From: Akkermansiaceae bacterium
GTDB taxonomy: Bacteria; Verrucomicrobiota; Verrucomicrobiia; Verrucomicrobiales; Akkermansiaceae
NCBI GenBank assembly: GCA_051251915.1
Contig: JBPOGF010000026.1
Location: forward strand, 1-42,538
Length of the DNA: 42,538 bases
Direction of reading: 5' to 3'
Shown here piece by piece: positions 28,675-37,308 of the stretch; positions within the stretch are counted from its first letter, which is position 1, and every line of letters begins with the position of its first letter. Both the position numbers and the translations under genes were made by a program. The notes beneath the pieces are model-generated. The model made no database searches. It was not told the origin of the DNA and saw only the letters and a program-made list of their open reading frames with translations.

Positions 28675-30561
28675 TTAGGTTGCTGCTTCGGCTTTGATGG
28701 CTTCTAGTTCTTCCCAGCGGGTGTAGAGGGTTGCTACTTTTGTTTTAGCTTCGTCGAGTTGTTTTTCGTATTGTTGCCAGTCGTTGGGGTGTTCGTTGTA
28801 GAAGTTTGGGTGGGTGAGGATGGCTTCTTTTGTGGTGACGTCTTCCTCGGCTGTTAGAATGTCTTCTTCGATGGTTTCGAGTTCACGTTCTTCTTTCCAT
28901 TTGAGCTTGCGGCCGGTTTTCTTGGGGGTAGCAGGTTGTTGTTTTGGGGTTTTGAAGGCGGCTTCGTTGGCGGCGTGGAGTTTGTCTCGTTCTGATTTTT
29001 TCTCTAGGTAGTAGTCGTATGAGCCGGGTTGGAAGTGGAGGTCACCGTTGTCTTCGAAGGCGAGGATGCCGGTGCAGACGCGGTTGAGGAAGTAGCGATC
29101 GTGGGAGACTACGAGGACGGAGCCGGCGAAGTTTACGAGGGCTTCTTCTAGGAGGCGGAGGGTGTTGAGGTCGAGGTCGTTTGTTGGTTCATCGAGGACG
29201 AGGACGTTGCCGCCGCGTTTGAGGATTTTGGCGAGGAGGACGCGTGAGCGTTCACCTCCGGAGAGGAGGTTGATCTTGGTGTTGATGCGGTCGTCATCGA
29301 AGAGGAAGCGTCTGAGGTAGGCGCGGAGGCCGAGGGTTTCGTCTCCGAGTTTGACGTGTTCTGTGCCTTCGCCAACTTCTTCGAAGATGGATTTTTGGTC
29401 ATCGAGGATGAGGCGGCCTTGGTCTACGAAGTTGATGTCTGCGCGTGCTCCGAGCATGACTTTTCCTGTGGCTGGCTGAAGCTGGCCGAGGATGGTCTTG
29501 AGAAGGGTGGATTTGCCCATGCCGTTTTTACCAACGACGCCGATGCGTTCTCCTCCTTCGAGTTTGAAGTCTAGGTTTTTGAAGAGAGTGCGGTCTCCGA
29601 TGGAGTAGGAGATGTTTTCACATTCTACGACTCTGTTGGAGAGTTTGGGTGCGGGTGGGATGATGAGGTCGATGTCTAGTTCTTGCTCTGGGGCTTCTTG
29701 GTCTGCGATTTCGAAGTATTTGTCCATACGGTCGCGTGATTTGGTGCGGCGTGCGGATGGTCTTTTGCGGACCCATTCTAGTTCTTTTTTGAGGAAGCGT
29801 TGGCGTTTGTGTTCATTGACTGCTTCTGCTTCCATGCGCTCGGCGCGTGTGAGCATGTAGTCTGTGTAGTTGCCTTCGTATGAGACGCATTTTCCGCTGG
29901 AGATTTCTACGATGCGGTTGGCGATGCGGTCTAGGAAGTAGCGATCGTGCGTGACGAAGAGGCAGCATCCGGTGTAGCGGGAGAGGAAGACTTCTAGCCA
30001 TTCGATGGAGCCTGTGTCTAGGTGGTTAGTGGGTTCATCTAGGATGAGGAGTTCTGGCTGACCTAGGAGGGCGCGGCAGAGTGCGACGCGGCGTTTCTCA
30101 CCACCTGAGAGGGTGGAGATGATGCGGTCTTGGTCTGGGGCGTGGAGGTTGGTGAGGAGTGACTGGGCGCGGGATTCTAGGTTCCAGCCATCGAGGTGGC
30201 TGATGAGGTCCATGAGCTCGGCGGCTTTGTGAGAGTCGGCAGGGAGGCTGTCGTATTCTGTGATCATGTCCATGACGTCTTGGGCACCGGTGAGGGTGGC
30301 GTCTAGGACGTTTGAGGATTCATCAAGTTCGAAGTCTTGGGGGAGGTAGCCTACGCGGAGGCCGCGTTTGACGGAGTATTCTCCTGAGTCTGGGACTTCT
30401 ACTTGGGCGATGATTTTGAGGAAGGTGGATTTCCCGCAGCCGTTTCTACCGACGAGACCGATGCGCTCGTTTTCGTGGATGGCGAGGGTGGCGCCGTCTA
30501 GGACGGTTTGAGAGGAATAGGATACGCAAAGTTCTGAGGCGCTGGCAATGGAGATGGACAT
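28675..30561 (-). CDS. ABC-F family ATPase (Uup-like)
   Basis: Two ABC cassettes (GRNGCGKST/LSGGE/LDEPTNHLD; GKNGMGKST/LSGGE/LDEPTNDLD), no TM segments, C-terminal coiled coil ending RWEELE. Confidence 0.93.
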   Translation of the reverse strand: MSISIASASELCVSYSSQTVLDGATLAIHENERIGLVGRNGCGKSTFLKIIAQVEVPDSGEYSVKRGLRVGYLPQDFELDESSNVLDATLTGAQDVMDMITEYDSLPADSHKAAELMDLISHLDGWNLESRAQSLLTNLHAPDQDRIISTLSGGEKRRVALCRALLGQPELLILDEPTNHLDTGSIEWLEVFLSRYTGCCLFVTHDRYFLDRIANRIVEISSGKCVSYEGNYTDYMLTRAERMEAEAVNEHKRQRFLKKELEWVRKRPSARRTKSRDRMDKYFEIADQEAPEQELDIDLIIPPAPKLSNRVVECENISYSIGDRTLFKNLDFKLEGGERIGVVGKNGMGKSTLLKTILGQLQPATGKVMLGARADINFVDQGRLILDDQKSIFEEVGEGTEHVKLGDETLGLRAYLRRFLFDDDRINTKINLLSGGERSRVLLAKILKRGGNVLVLDEPTNDLDLNTLRLLEEALVNFAGSVLVVSHDRYFLNRVCTGILAFEDNGDLHFQPGSYDYYLEKKSERDKLHAANEAAFKTPKQQPATPKKTGRKLKWKEERELETIEEDILTAEEDVTTKEAILTHPNFYNEHPNDWQQYEKQLDEAKTKVATLYTRWEELEAIKAEAAT

Positions 30562-30632
30562 AGATTCGGCTTTGCCTCATGTCATTGGTCAATTGTCAAT
30601 GGTCATAGGGGCTTGTAGGTTGAAATTGTGGT

Positions 30633-31022
30633 TTATACGTCTTGGCAGGATTTGGAAAGCCAATTAGCGTAGTCTTTTTCAGTGATGTCGCTGGCGGCCA
30701 AGTCGACTGTGTATGCTACGACTTCTTGTTCAGATGCCTTTATATGTTTTCCGTTAGCATATAAAAATGTGTAGGCCGTTATATAGCCTGTGCGCTTGTT
30801 TCCATCTAGAAAGGGATGATTTTTTACTATCCCGTAAGTGTATGAAGCAGCTAGATCAAATAAAGAAGGGGGAGGGTTTCCGTAGTGGAGTAATTGTTTT
30901 GGTTTGTTTAGCGCTGAGTTAAGCAATGAATCATCACGCACTCCATCAGAACCACCAAACCTGCGAAGGAGTTTGAGGTGCATTGAATAGACAACTTCCT
31001 CAGTAATCCAGTTAGGAGACAT
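30633..31022 (-). CDS. doc: Doc (death-on-curing) family Fic toxin
   Basis: FGGSDGVRD, HPFLDGNKRTG Fic/Doc motif, 129 aa; 1-bp overlap with upstream antitoxin. Confidence 0.93.
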   Translation of the reverse strand: MSPNWITEEVVYSMHLKLLRRFGGSDGVRDDSLLNSALNKPKQLLHYGNPPPSLFDLAASYTYGIVKNHPFLDGNKRTGYITAYTFLYANGKHIKASEQEVVAYTVDLAASDITEKDYANWLSKSCQDV

Positions 31023-31252
31023 TATTTAGCAAGCTCAGTTAGTGCATTAGGATATTCTTGCATCCCTTTATCCACGATGTCCATCATGGTTTTGAAGTCT
31101 GGCTTGGCAGAGGTAAGTTTTACGGAGTTAGCAGAAGCTTCTGTTATGTAGACAGTGGAACCTTCAGCAACGTTGAGTTCCTGGAGGACTTCTTTTGAAA
31201 GAATTACTCCGTAAGAATTTCCGATTTTGCGTATTTTGGTTTCGCTGGTCAT
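31022..31252 (-). CDS. AbrB/MazE-fold antitoxin of the Doc pair
   Basis: KIRKIGNSYGVILSKE swapped-hairpin motif, C-terminal NALTELAK; start likely ATG at 31252. Confidence 0.9.
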   Translation of the reverse strand: MTSETKIRKIGNSYGVILSKEVLQELNVAEGSTVYITEASANSVKLTSAKPDFKTMMDIVDKGMQEYPNALTELAK

Positions 31253-31253
31253 G

Positions 31254-31287
31254 TATAACATATGTTATAACATTGGTCGTTTGTCAA
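31254..31287 (-). promoter_or_regulatory. Toxin-antitoxin promoter/operator
   Basis: Perfect 16-bp palindrome TATAACATATGTTATA (31254-31269), overlapping 12-bp palindrome ATGTTATAACAT (31262-31273), and TTGACA on the minus strand at 31287-31282. Confidence 0.7.
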
Positions 31288-31769
31288 GCTGGGAGTTCGG
31301 TTACGATGGTTTCAGCGGTGGAGTTGGCTTCTATTTCTAGGGGGGAGTTTGAGTAGCCTAGGAGCATGGTTTCCTGGAGGTAAGTTTTTAGGAAATGGAA
31401 GATGCCGCCTAGGCGTTCGAACTGGTGGGTGTGGACGAGTTCGTGGGCGATGAGGGATTTGCTGTGGGCGTATGTTTCCTTGGCGTAGATGCCGTAGCGC
31501 ATGCACATGCCGGCGGCGCTGCCTGCTGGGTAGCCTTTGCGCTGGATCATCTTTTCGATGAAGTCTGGGACTGGGGTGGGGATTTTGGCGACGTTGAGGA
31601 TGCGAATTTTTTCTGGGTGAGCGATGCCGATTATTTGTGCCCAGCGGAGTTCTTCATCATTGAGCTTACGGCCTAGTCGGAGAGCAATCTTTTCATTATG
31701 CCTGACCCACCACATTGCGAATGGCAACATGGTGAAGATGGCAATGATGATGAAGAATTTCTTGATCAA
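31284..31769 (-). CDS. Small membrane-anchored zincin-like protein (HExxH; DUF4157-like)
   Basis: N-terminal TM, LIAHELVHTHQFERLG, SPLEIEA third-ligand motif; TTG start. Confidence 0.72.
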   Translation of the reverse strand: MIKKFFIIIAIFTMLPFAMWWVRHNEKIALRLGRKLNDEELRWAQIIGIAHPEKIRILNVAKIPTPVPDFIEKMIQRKGYPAGSAAGMCMRYGIYAKETYAHSKSLIAHELVHTHQFERLGGIFHFLKTYLQETMLLGYSNSPLEIEANSTAETIVTELPA

Positions 31770-31795
31770 ATCAAATGGGAGGGTTGGTTAGATAG

Positions 31796-33097
31796 TTATT
31801 TGATTTGTTGCTTTTGCTTGGCGTTTGCTTTGAGGCGGAGGGCGTTGAGAGCGATGAAGCCTGATGCGTCATTTTGGTTGTATGCTTCTTCTTTGCCTTC
31901 GGCTGCGCCTTCCATGGATGCCACGTCTTCGTCGTAGAGAGAGAGTGGTGATCTGCGTCCAGCTTGGAGGCAGTTGCCTTTGTAGAGCTTGAGTCTTACT
32001 TCGCCGGTGACGGTTTGCTGGGTGCTGGTGATGAGGGCTTGGAGGGCTTCACGCTCAGGAGCGAACCAGAATCCGTTGTAGATGAGTTGGGCGTATTTCG
32101 GGATGAGGGAGTCGCGGAGGGCTTGGGCTTCGCGGTCGATTGTGAGAGTTTCTAGGTCTTGGTGAGCGGCTAGGAGGATGGTGCCGCCTGGGGTCTCGTA
32201 GACGCCGCGGGATTTCATTCCTACGAAGCGGTTTTCGACTAGGTCTACGCGGCCGATGCCGTGTTTGCCGCCGAGGGCATTGAGGACACGCATGACACCG
32301 TATGGTGTGAGGAGTGTGTAGCCGTCTTGCTCGCCGGTGGCTGAGAAGTCACCGAGTTCGGAGATGAGTTCTGCTAGGCCTTCGGTTTGGAGGCCGATGA
32401 CGTCTCCTTTTTCGAAGAGGAACTGGACGTATTGTGACTGGTCTGGTGCGTCTTCTGGTGAGACTGAGAGGACGTACATGTCTTTGTCGTCTTCTGCTGT
32501 GGCGTCGTGCCAGGTGTCTTCCATGGCTCCGGCTTCGAATGAGATGTGGAGGAGGTTGCGGTCCATGGAGTATGGTTTTTTCATGGATGCTTTTACAGGG
32601 ATGTCGTTTGCTTCAGCGTATTCGATCATTTCTGCTCTGCCTGGGAATTGTGCGCGGAATTCGTCATCACGCCATGGGGCGATGCATTTGATGTTGGGTG
32701 CGAGTGCTGCGACTGAGAGTTCGAAGCGGACTTGGTCATTACCTTTGCCTGTGGCTCCGTGAGCGATGGCGTCTGCTCCTTCTGCGATGGCTACGTCTAC
32801 CATGCCTTTGGTGATGCATGGGCGGGCGATGGATGTGCCTAGTAGGTAGCGGCCTTCGTAGAGGGCGTTTCCTTGAAACATTGGGAAGATGAAGTCGCTG
32901 GCGAATTCTTCTTTGAGGTCACCGATGTAGCATTTGGATGCTCCTGTGGCGAGGGCTTTGGCTTCAAGTCCGTCTAGTTCTTCGGCTTGGCCGACGTCTG
33001 CGCAGTATGCGATGATTTCAGCGTTGTATTTGTCTTTGAGCCATTTGAGTAGAACTGAGGTGTCAAGACCTCCTGAGTATGCGACGACGATTTTCAT
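31796..33097 (-). CDS. argG: Argininosuccinate synthase
   Basis: [63 protein letters not shown]. Confidence 0.98.
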   Translation of the reverse strand: MKIVVAYSGGLDTSVLLKWLKDKYNAEIIAYCADVGQAEELDGLEAKALATGASKCYIGDLKEEFASDFIFPMFQGNALYEGRYLLGTSIARPCITKGMVDVAIAEGADAIAHGATGKGNDQVRFELSVAALAPNIKCIAPWRDDEFRAQFPGRAEMIEYAEANDIPVKASMKKPYSMDRNLLHISFEAGAMEDTWHDATAEDDKDMYVLSVSPEDAPDQSQYVQFLFEKGDVIGLQTEGLAELISELGDFSATGEQDGYTLLTPYGVMRVLNALGGKHGIGRVDLVENRFVGMKSRGVYETPGGTILLAAHQDLETLTIDREAQALRDSLIPKYAQLIYNGFWFAPEREALQALITSTQQTVTGEVRLKLYKGNCLQAGRRSPLSLYDEDVASMEGAAEGKEEAYNQNDASGFIALNALRLKANAKQKQQIK

Positions 33098-33259
33098 GTT
33101 TGTTGTGTTGTGTGTTAAATTTATGATTGTTTGATCTGTGGGGGAGTTAAGGGAATATTGGGGTAATAGTCAATGGACAATGGGGAGGGGAGATGAATTT
33201 TGAAGGGTGAGGGGGAGAATGTGGGATGTTGCTAGGGTTGTGGAGGTGGACTATGGAGC

Positions 33260-34230
33260 TGAACTTTGGTTGATGGATTTTTTTGAACCACGGAAGGCAC
33301 TGAAAGCACGGAACCATGTTGATGAAACGTGAACTGGGGTTGATGAAACTTTTTACCACGAATCTGCACGAATTTTCACGAATGGGTGGACGATGGAGGC
33401 TTGGGTTAGTGGAATTTTTTTACCGCTGAAGTCGCTGAATTACGCTGAACTTGGTTGATTGGTCGAGAACTTGGGTTGTGCGGTGGACGATGGAGCTTTT
33501 TTGACCACGAAATATGCGAAATATACGAAAGTTGCTTGGATTGGGGGCTTGTTGCTTTGACCTGCGGTGCTGTTGACCACGGAAGGCACTGAAAACACGG
33601 AACAGGGTTGATGGGTATTGAACTTGGGTTGATGAAACTTTTTACCACGAATCTTCTCGAATTGGCACGAATGGGTGGACGATGGAGGCTTGGGTTAGTG
33701 GAATTTTTTTACCGCTGAAGTCGCTGAAGTCGCTGAATTACGCTGAACTTGGTTGATGGGTAGAGAACTTGGGGTGTGCGGTGGACGATGGAGCTTTTTT
33801 GACCACGAAATATGCGAAATATACGAAAGTTACTTGGGTTGGGGGCTTGTTGCTTTGACCTGCGGTGCTGTTGACCACGGAAGGCACTGAAAACACGGAA
33901 CAGGGCTGATGGGTATTGAACTTGGGTTGATGGAGCTTTTTACCACGGATCTGCACGAATTGGAACGAATGTGGTGGACTATTAAACCTTGGTTGTGTGC
34001 TTGGGTTGGTGGTGGACGATGGATCTTTTTACCACGAATCGGCACGAATTTTCACGAATGGGAGCGTTTTGCTTTAGGGGGAAGTTTAAAAGGAGAAAGG
34101 AGGAAAGGATAAAGGCTATCACGATAAATAGCTAGGTTTGATGGGTAATTTGCTTGGGTTGATGGATTTTTTTGAACCACGGAAGGCCCTGAATAGACGG
34201 AATAGGGTTGATGGGGAGGGAACTTGGGCT
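33260..34230 (+). repeat. Mosaic repeat array 1: 12 ACC-(core)x3 modules with a ~289/298-bp higher-order tandem duplication
   Basis: Modules start at 33287, 33355, 33422, 33504, 33576, 33644, 33711, 33802, 33874, 33942, 34031 and 34176; linkers built from CTTGGGTTGATGG / GGACGATGGAG words. Confidence 0.93.
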
Positions 34231-34244
34231 TTGAGCTGTGGTGC

Positions 34245-35396
34245 TTAGAATTTTATTTCGTCGGTGTGTTCTAGGGTGAGCCATTTGCCCATTTTCTTTT
34301 GGATGACTTTGAAGTGGTGGCGTTCGTCTGGGGCGATGAGGGAGATGGCTTGGCCGGGGGTTTCTGCTCTGCCGGTGCGGCCGATGCGGTGGATGTAGTC
34401 TTTTGGGGAGCGGGGGAGCTCGTAGTTGATGACGCAGGGGAGGGCGGTGATGTCGACACCACGGGAGAGGAGGTCTGTGGCTACTAGGATGCGGGTTTTG
34501 CCGGATTTGAAGTCTGCTAGGGCTTCGTTGCGGGTGCCTTGGGAGAGTTTGCCGTGGATGGAGTCTGCCTGGATGTTGTTGCGGCGGAGTTTGTCTGCGA
34601 TGTGGTCTGCTTGGTAGGCGGAGGAGGCGAAGATGAGGGTTTGCTGGAGGTTTTCTGAGTTGATGAGGTGGCGGAGGAATGGGCCTTTGCGGTCGGTTTC
34701 TACGAGGTAGGCGCGTTGGTTTATGAGGTCGATGTGGTCATCTGAGGAGGCGATTTTGATGACTGTGGGGGAGGTGAGGATGAGTTGGTTTATGGAGGAG
34801 AGGTCATCGCTTAGGGTGGCGGAGAAGAGGAGGTTTTGGCGGTTTTTTGTGTTTGGTAGGAGGGCTAGGATGGTGTCGATTTCTTCTTTGAAGCCGAGGT
34901 TGAGCATTTTGTCTGCTTCGTCTAGGACGAGGGTGGTGACGGCGCTGAGTTTGACGGCATTTTTCTCTACTAGCTCGATGAGTCTTCCGGGTGTGGCGAT
35001 GAGGACGTCTACGCTGCGGATGGCTTGCATTTGTGGGCTTACGGCGACGCCGCCGAAGACTGCGAGGGATTTGATGCGGTCTGGTAGGGAGGTGATGAAG
35101 GTTTCAAATACGGCGCGGACTTGCTGTGCGAGTTCGCGGGTGGGGACTAGGACTAAGGTGCTGGGGCCTTTGTTGTCGGAGTTTTTGCGTGCTTCTGGTT
35201 TGAGGAGTTGGTGGAGGATGGGGAGGACGTAACTGGCTGTTTTTCCTGAGCCTGTTTTAGCGATGCCTAGGAGATCACCGCCGGAAAGGATGGCTGGGAT
35301 GGCTTGATCCTGGATGGGGGTGGGCTTGGTGAAGTTTTCGGCTGCTATTGCTTGGATGAGGGCTGGGTGGAGATTTAGGGATTGGAATGAGGACAT
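34245..35396 (-). CDS. DEAD-box RNA helicase (RhlE-like)
   Basis: Q motif (FTKPTPIQ), AKTGSGKT, PTRELA, TPGR, DEAD, SAT, SRGVD, YIHRIGRTGR. Confidence 0.96.
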   Translation of the reverse strand: MSSFQSLNLHPALIQAIAAENFTKPTPIQDQAIPAILSGGDLLGIAKTGSGKTASYVLPILHQLLKPEARKNSDNKGPSTLVLVPTRELAQQVRAVFETFITSLPDRIKSLAVFGGVAVSPQMQAIRSVDVLIATPGRLIELVEKNAVKLSAVTTLVLDEADKMLNLGFKEEIDTILALLPNTKNRQNLLFSATLSDDLSSINQLILTSPTVIKIASSDDHIDLINQRAYLVETDRKGPFLRHLINSENLQQTLIFASSAYQADHIADKLRRNNIQADSIHGKLSQGTRNEALADFKSGKTRILVATDLLSRGVDITALPCVINYELPRSPKDYIHRIGRTGRAETPGQAISLIAPDERHHFKVIQKKMGKWLTLEHTDEIKF

Positions 35397-35499
35397 TGAA
35401 TTTTGAATGGTGAATTTTGAGATTTGAAATTGCTTGGTGCTTTGGTGACTGATGCTTTGACCTCGGGTGATGGACTAGGAATCAATTGAATGTTCCTGA

Positions 35500-36530
35500 A
35501 TGGATACACGATGGAATTCTTTTGACCACGAAATATGGGAAAAGTTGCTTGGGATTTGACCTGCGGTGCTTTACCGCTGAAGTAGCTGAATTACGCGGAA
35601 CTTGGTTGATTACGCTGAACTTGGGTTGTGTGACTTGGGTTGATGGTGCTTTTACCACGAATCTTCACGAATTTTCACGAATGGGTGGACGATGGTGGCT
35701 TGGGTTTTGACCTGCGGTGCTTTACCGCTGAAGTTGCTGAATTACGCTGAACTTGGGTTGTGTGCTTGGGTTGATGGAGTGGACGATGGAGCTTTTTTAC
35801 CACGAATCTGCACGAATTTACACGAATGGTGTACGATGAAACATTTTGACCACGGAAGGCACTGAAATTACGGAACCGGGTTGATGGGGAGGGAACTTGG
35901 GTTGTGTGCTTGGGTTGATGGAGTGGACGATGGAGCTTTTTTACCACGAATCTGCACGAATTTTCACGAATAGAGCTAGGGTTGTGGGCTTGGGGTGATG
36001 GATTTTTTTGAACCACGGAAAGCACGGAAGGCACGGAACAGGGTTGATGAAACGGGAACTTGGTTGATGATTTTTTTTACTGCGGAAATATACTGAAATT
36101 ACGGGGCCTGGTTGTCGCGTATAACGGCGGGGCCGCATGTGATTTATTGTGGGGTGGGGTGATGGAGCTTTTTACCACGGATCTTCACTAATTTACACGA
36201 ATGGTGTACGATGAAACATTTTGACCACGGAAGGCGCTGAAATTACGGAACCGGGTTGATGGGTAGGGAACTTGGGTTGTGTGCTTGGGTTGATGGAGTG
36301 GACGATGGAGCTTTTTTACCACGAATCTACACGAATTTACACGAATAGAGCTAGGGTTGTGGGCTTGGGTTGATGGATTTTTTTGAACCACGGAAAGCAC
36401 GGAAGGCACGGAACAGGGTTGATGAAACGGGAACTTGGTTGATGGACTTTTTTTACTGCGGAAAGGTGCTGAAATTACGGGGCCTGGATGATGGGTAGGG
36501 AACTTGGGGGGGGGGCTCGTATAACGGTGG
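35500..36530 (+). repeat. Mosaic repeat array 2: 14 ACC/ACT-(core)x3 modules with a 375-bp higher-order duplication
   Basis: Modules start at 35525, 35573, 35654, 35724, 35799, 35849, 35943, 36012, 36079, 36174, 36224, 36318, 36387 and 36455; block ~35790-36110 repeats at ~36165-36487. Confidence 0.93.
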
Positions 36531-36589
36531 GGGGCTTGGGATTTTGTGTGGGGTTGGTGGTTAGAGGTAAGTTTTTGGGGAGGGGGAGT

Positions 36590-37267
36590 TTAGTTTTTGG
36601 TTCGGGTTTTTAGGTCTTTGATGTGTTGTTTGGCTGTTTGTTTGCGGTTTAGGGATTGGTCGTGGGTTAGGAGGGTTTGGTGGATGTGGTTGGCTTGTTG
36701 TTGGGTGAGGAGTTCCGTGGTGTGGCTTTCGATGTGTTTGCGGAAGCCTTGGTTGAGGACGTTGGGGGGCATTTTGGTTTTGAAGGTGGTGTTGCCTACG
36801 AAGAATATGAGGTTGTGGAAGAGGGATTTGTCTGCGTTTAGGAAGAGAGTTAGAGCGTTTATGTGGAGGTCGTTTTGGTGGATGGGGTTTTGGAATTTGT
36901 ATTTGTTTTTGTATATTTGCTGGGTCCATTGGCGTTGGTTTTCAGTGCCAAAGATCCAGTTGGTGTAGTTTTTGGTTTCTATGACGAAGATGCCGTGGGG
37001 GGAGATGACGAGGTGGTCGATTTGGGTGGTGCCGGTGCCATCGGGTCTGGGGAGGTAGAGGTCGTGGAGGAGTTTGTATTTTTCAGGGTTGAGTTTTTTT
37101 AGGCTAAAGAAATACATGATTTTTTCGCCGAGCCAGCCTTTGAATTTGGGGCTGCGGGATAGTTCTTTTGTGATGTAGAGGGTGATTAAGATGGGGATGA
37201 GCCACCAGAATGGTCTGAGGTGTTGGAGTGGGTCTATTTTTGATAGGGTTGGTAGTAGGTGGAGCAT
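36590..37267 (-). CDS. NERD (nuclease-related domain) protein with N-terminal TM
   Basis: KGWLGE, TTQIDHLVISPHGIFVIETKNY, FQNPIHQN motifs. Confidence 0.9.
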   Translation of the reverse strand: MLHLLPTLSKIDPLQHLRPFWWLIPILITLYITKELSRSPKFKGWLGEKIMYFFSLKKLNPEKYKLLHDLYLPRPDGTGTTQIDHLVISPHGIFVIETKNYTNWIFGTENQRQWTQQIYKNKYKFQNPIHQNDLHINALTLFLNADKSLFHNLIFFVGNTTFKTKMPPNVLNQGFRKHIESHTTELLTQQQANHIHQTLLTHDQSLNRKQTAKQHIKDLKTRTKN

Positions 37268-37308
37268 GTTTAGAGGTCGCGATGATTTTTGTTTATTGTA
37301 AGTATGGT

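Noticed and set aside
33147..34112. Short ORFs (67-80 aa) in array 1
   Set aside because: They are translations of the repeat modules (recurrent PCFQCLPW, FVYFAYFVV-type strings) in several overlapping frames with no coding signature.
35486..36409. Short ORFs (65-119 aa) in array 2
   Set aside because: Repeat-derived (IRVNSCRFVV, SVLSVV), overlapping in multiple frames.
33260..36530. CRISPR array interpretation of the repeat arrays
   Set aside because: No single constant repeat. The intervening sequences are reused rather than unique and vary widely in length, and there are no cas genes in the window.
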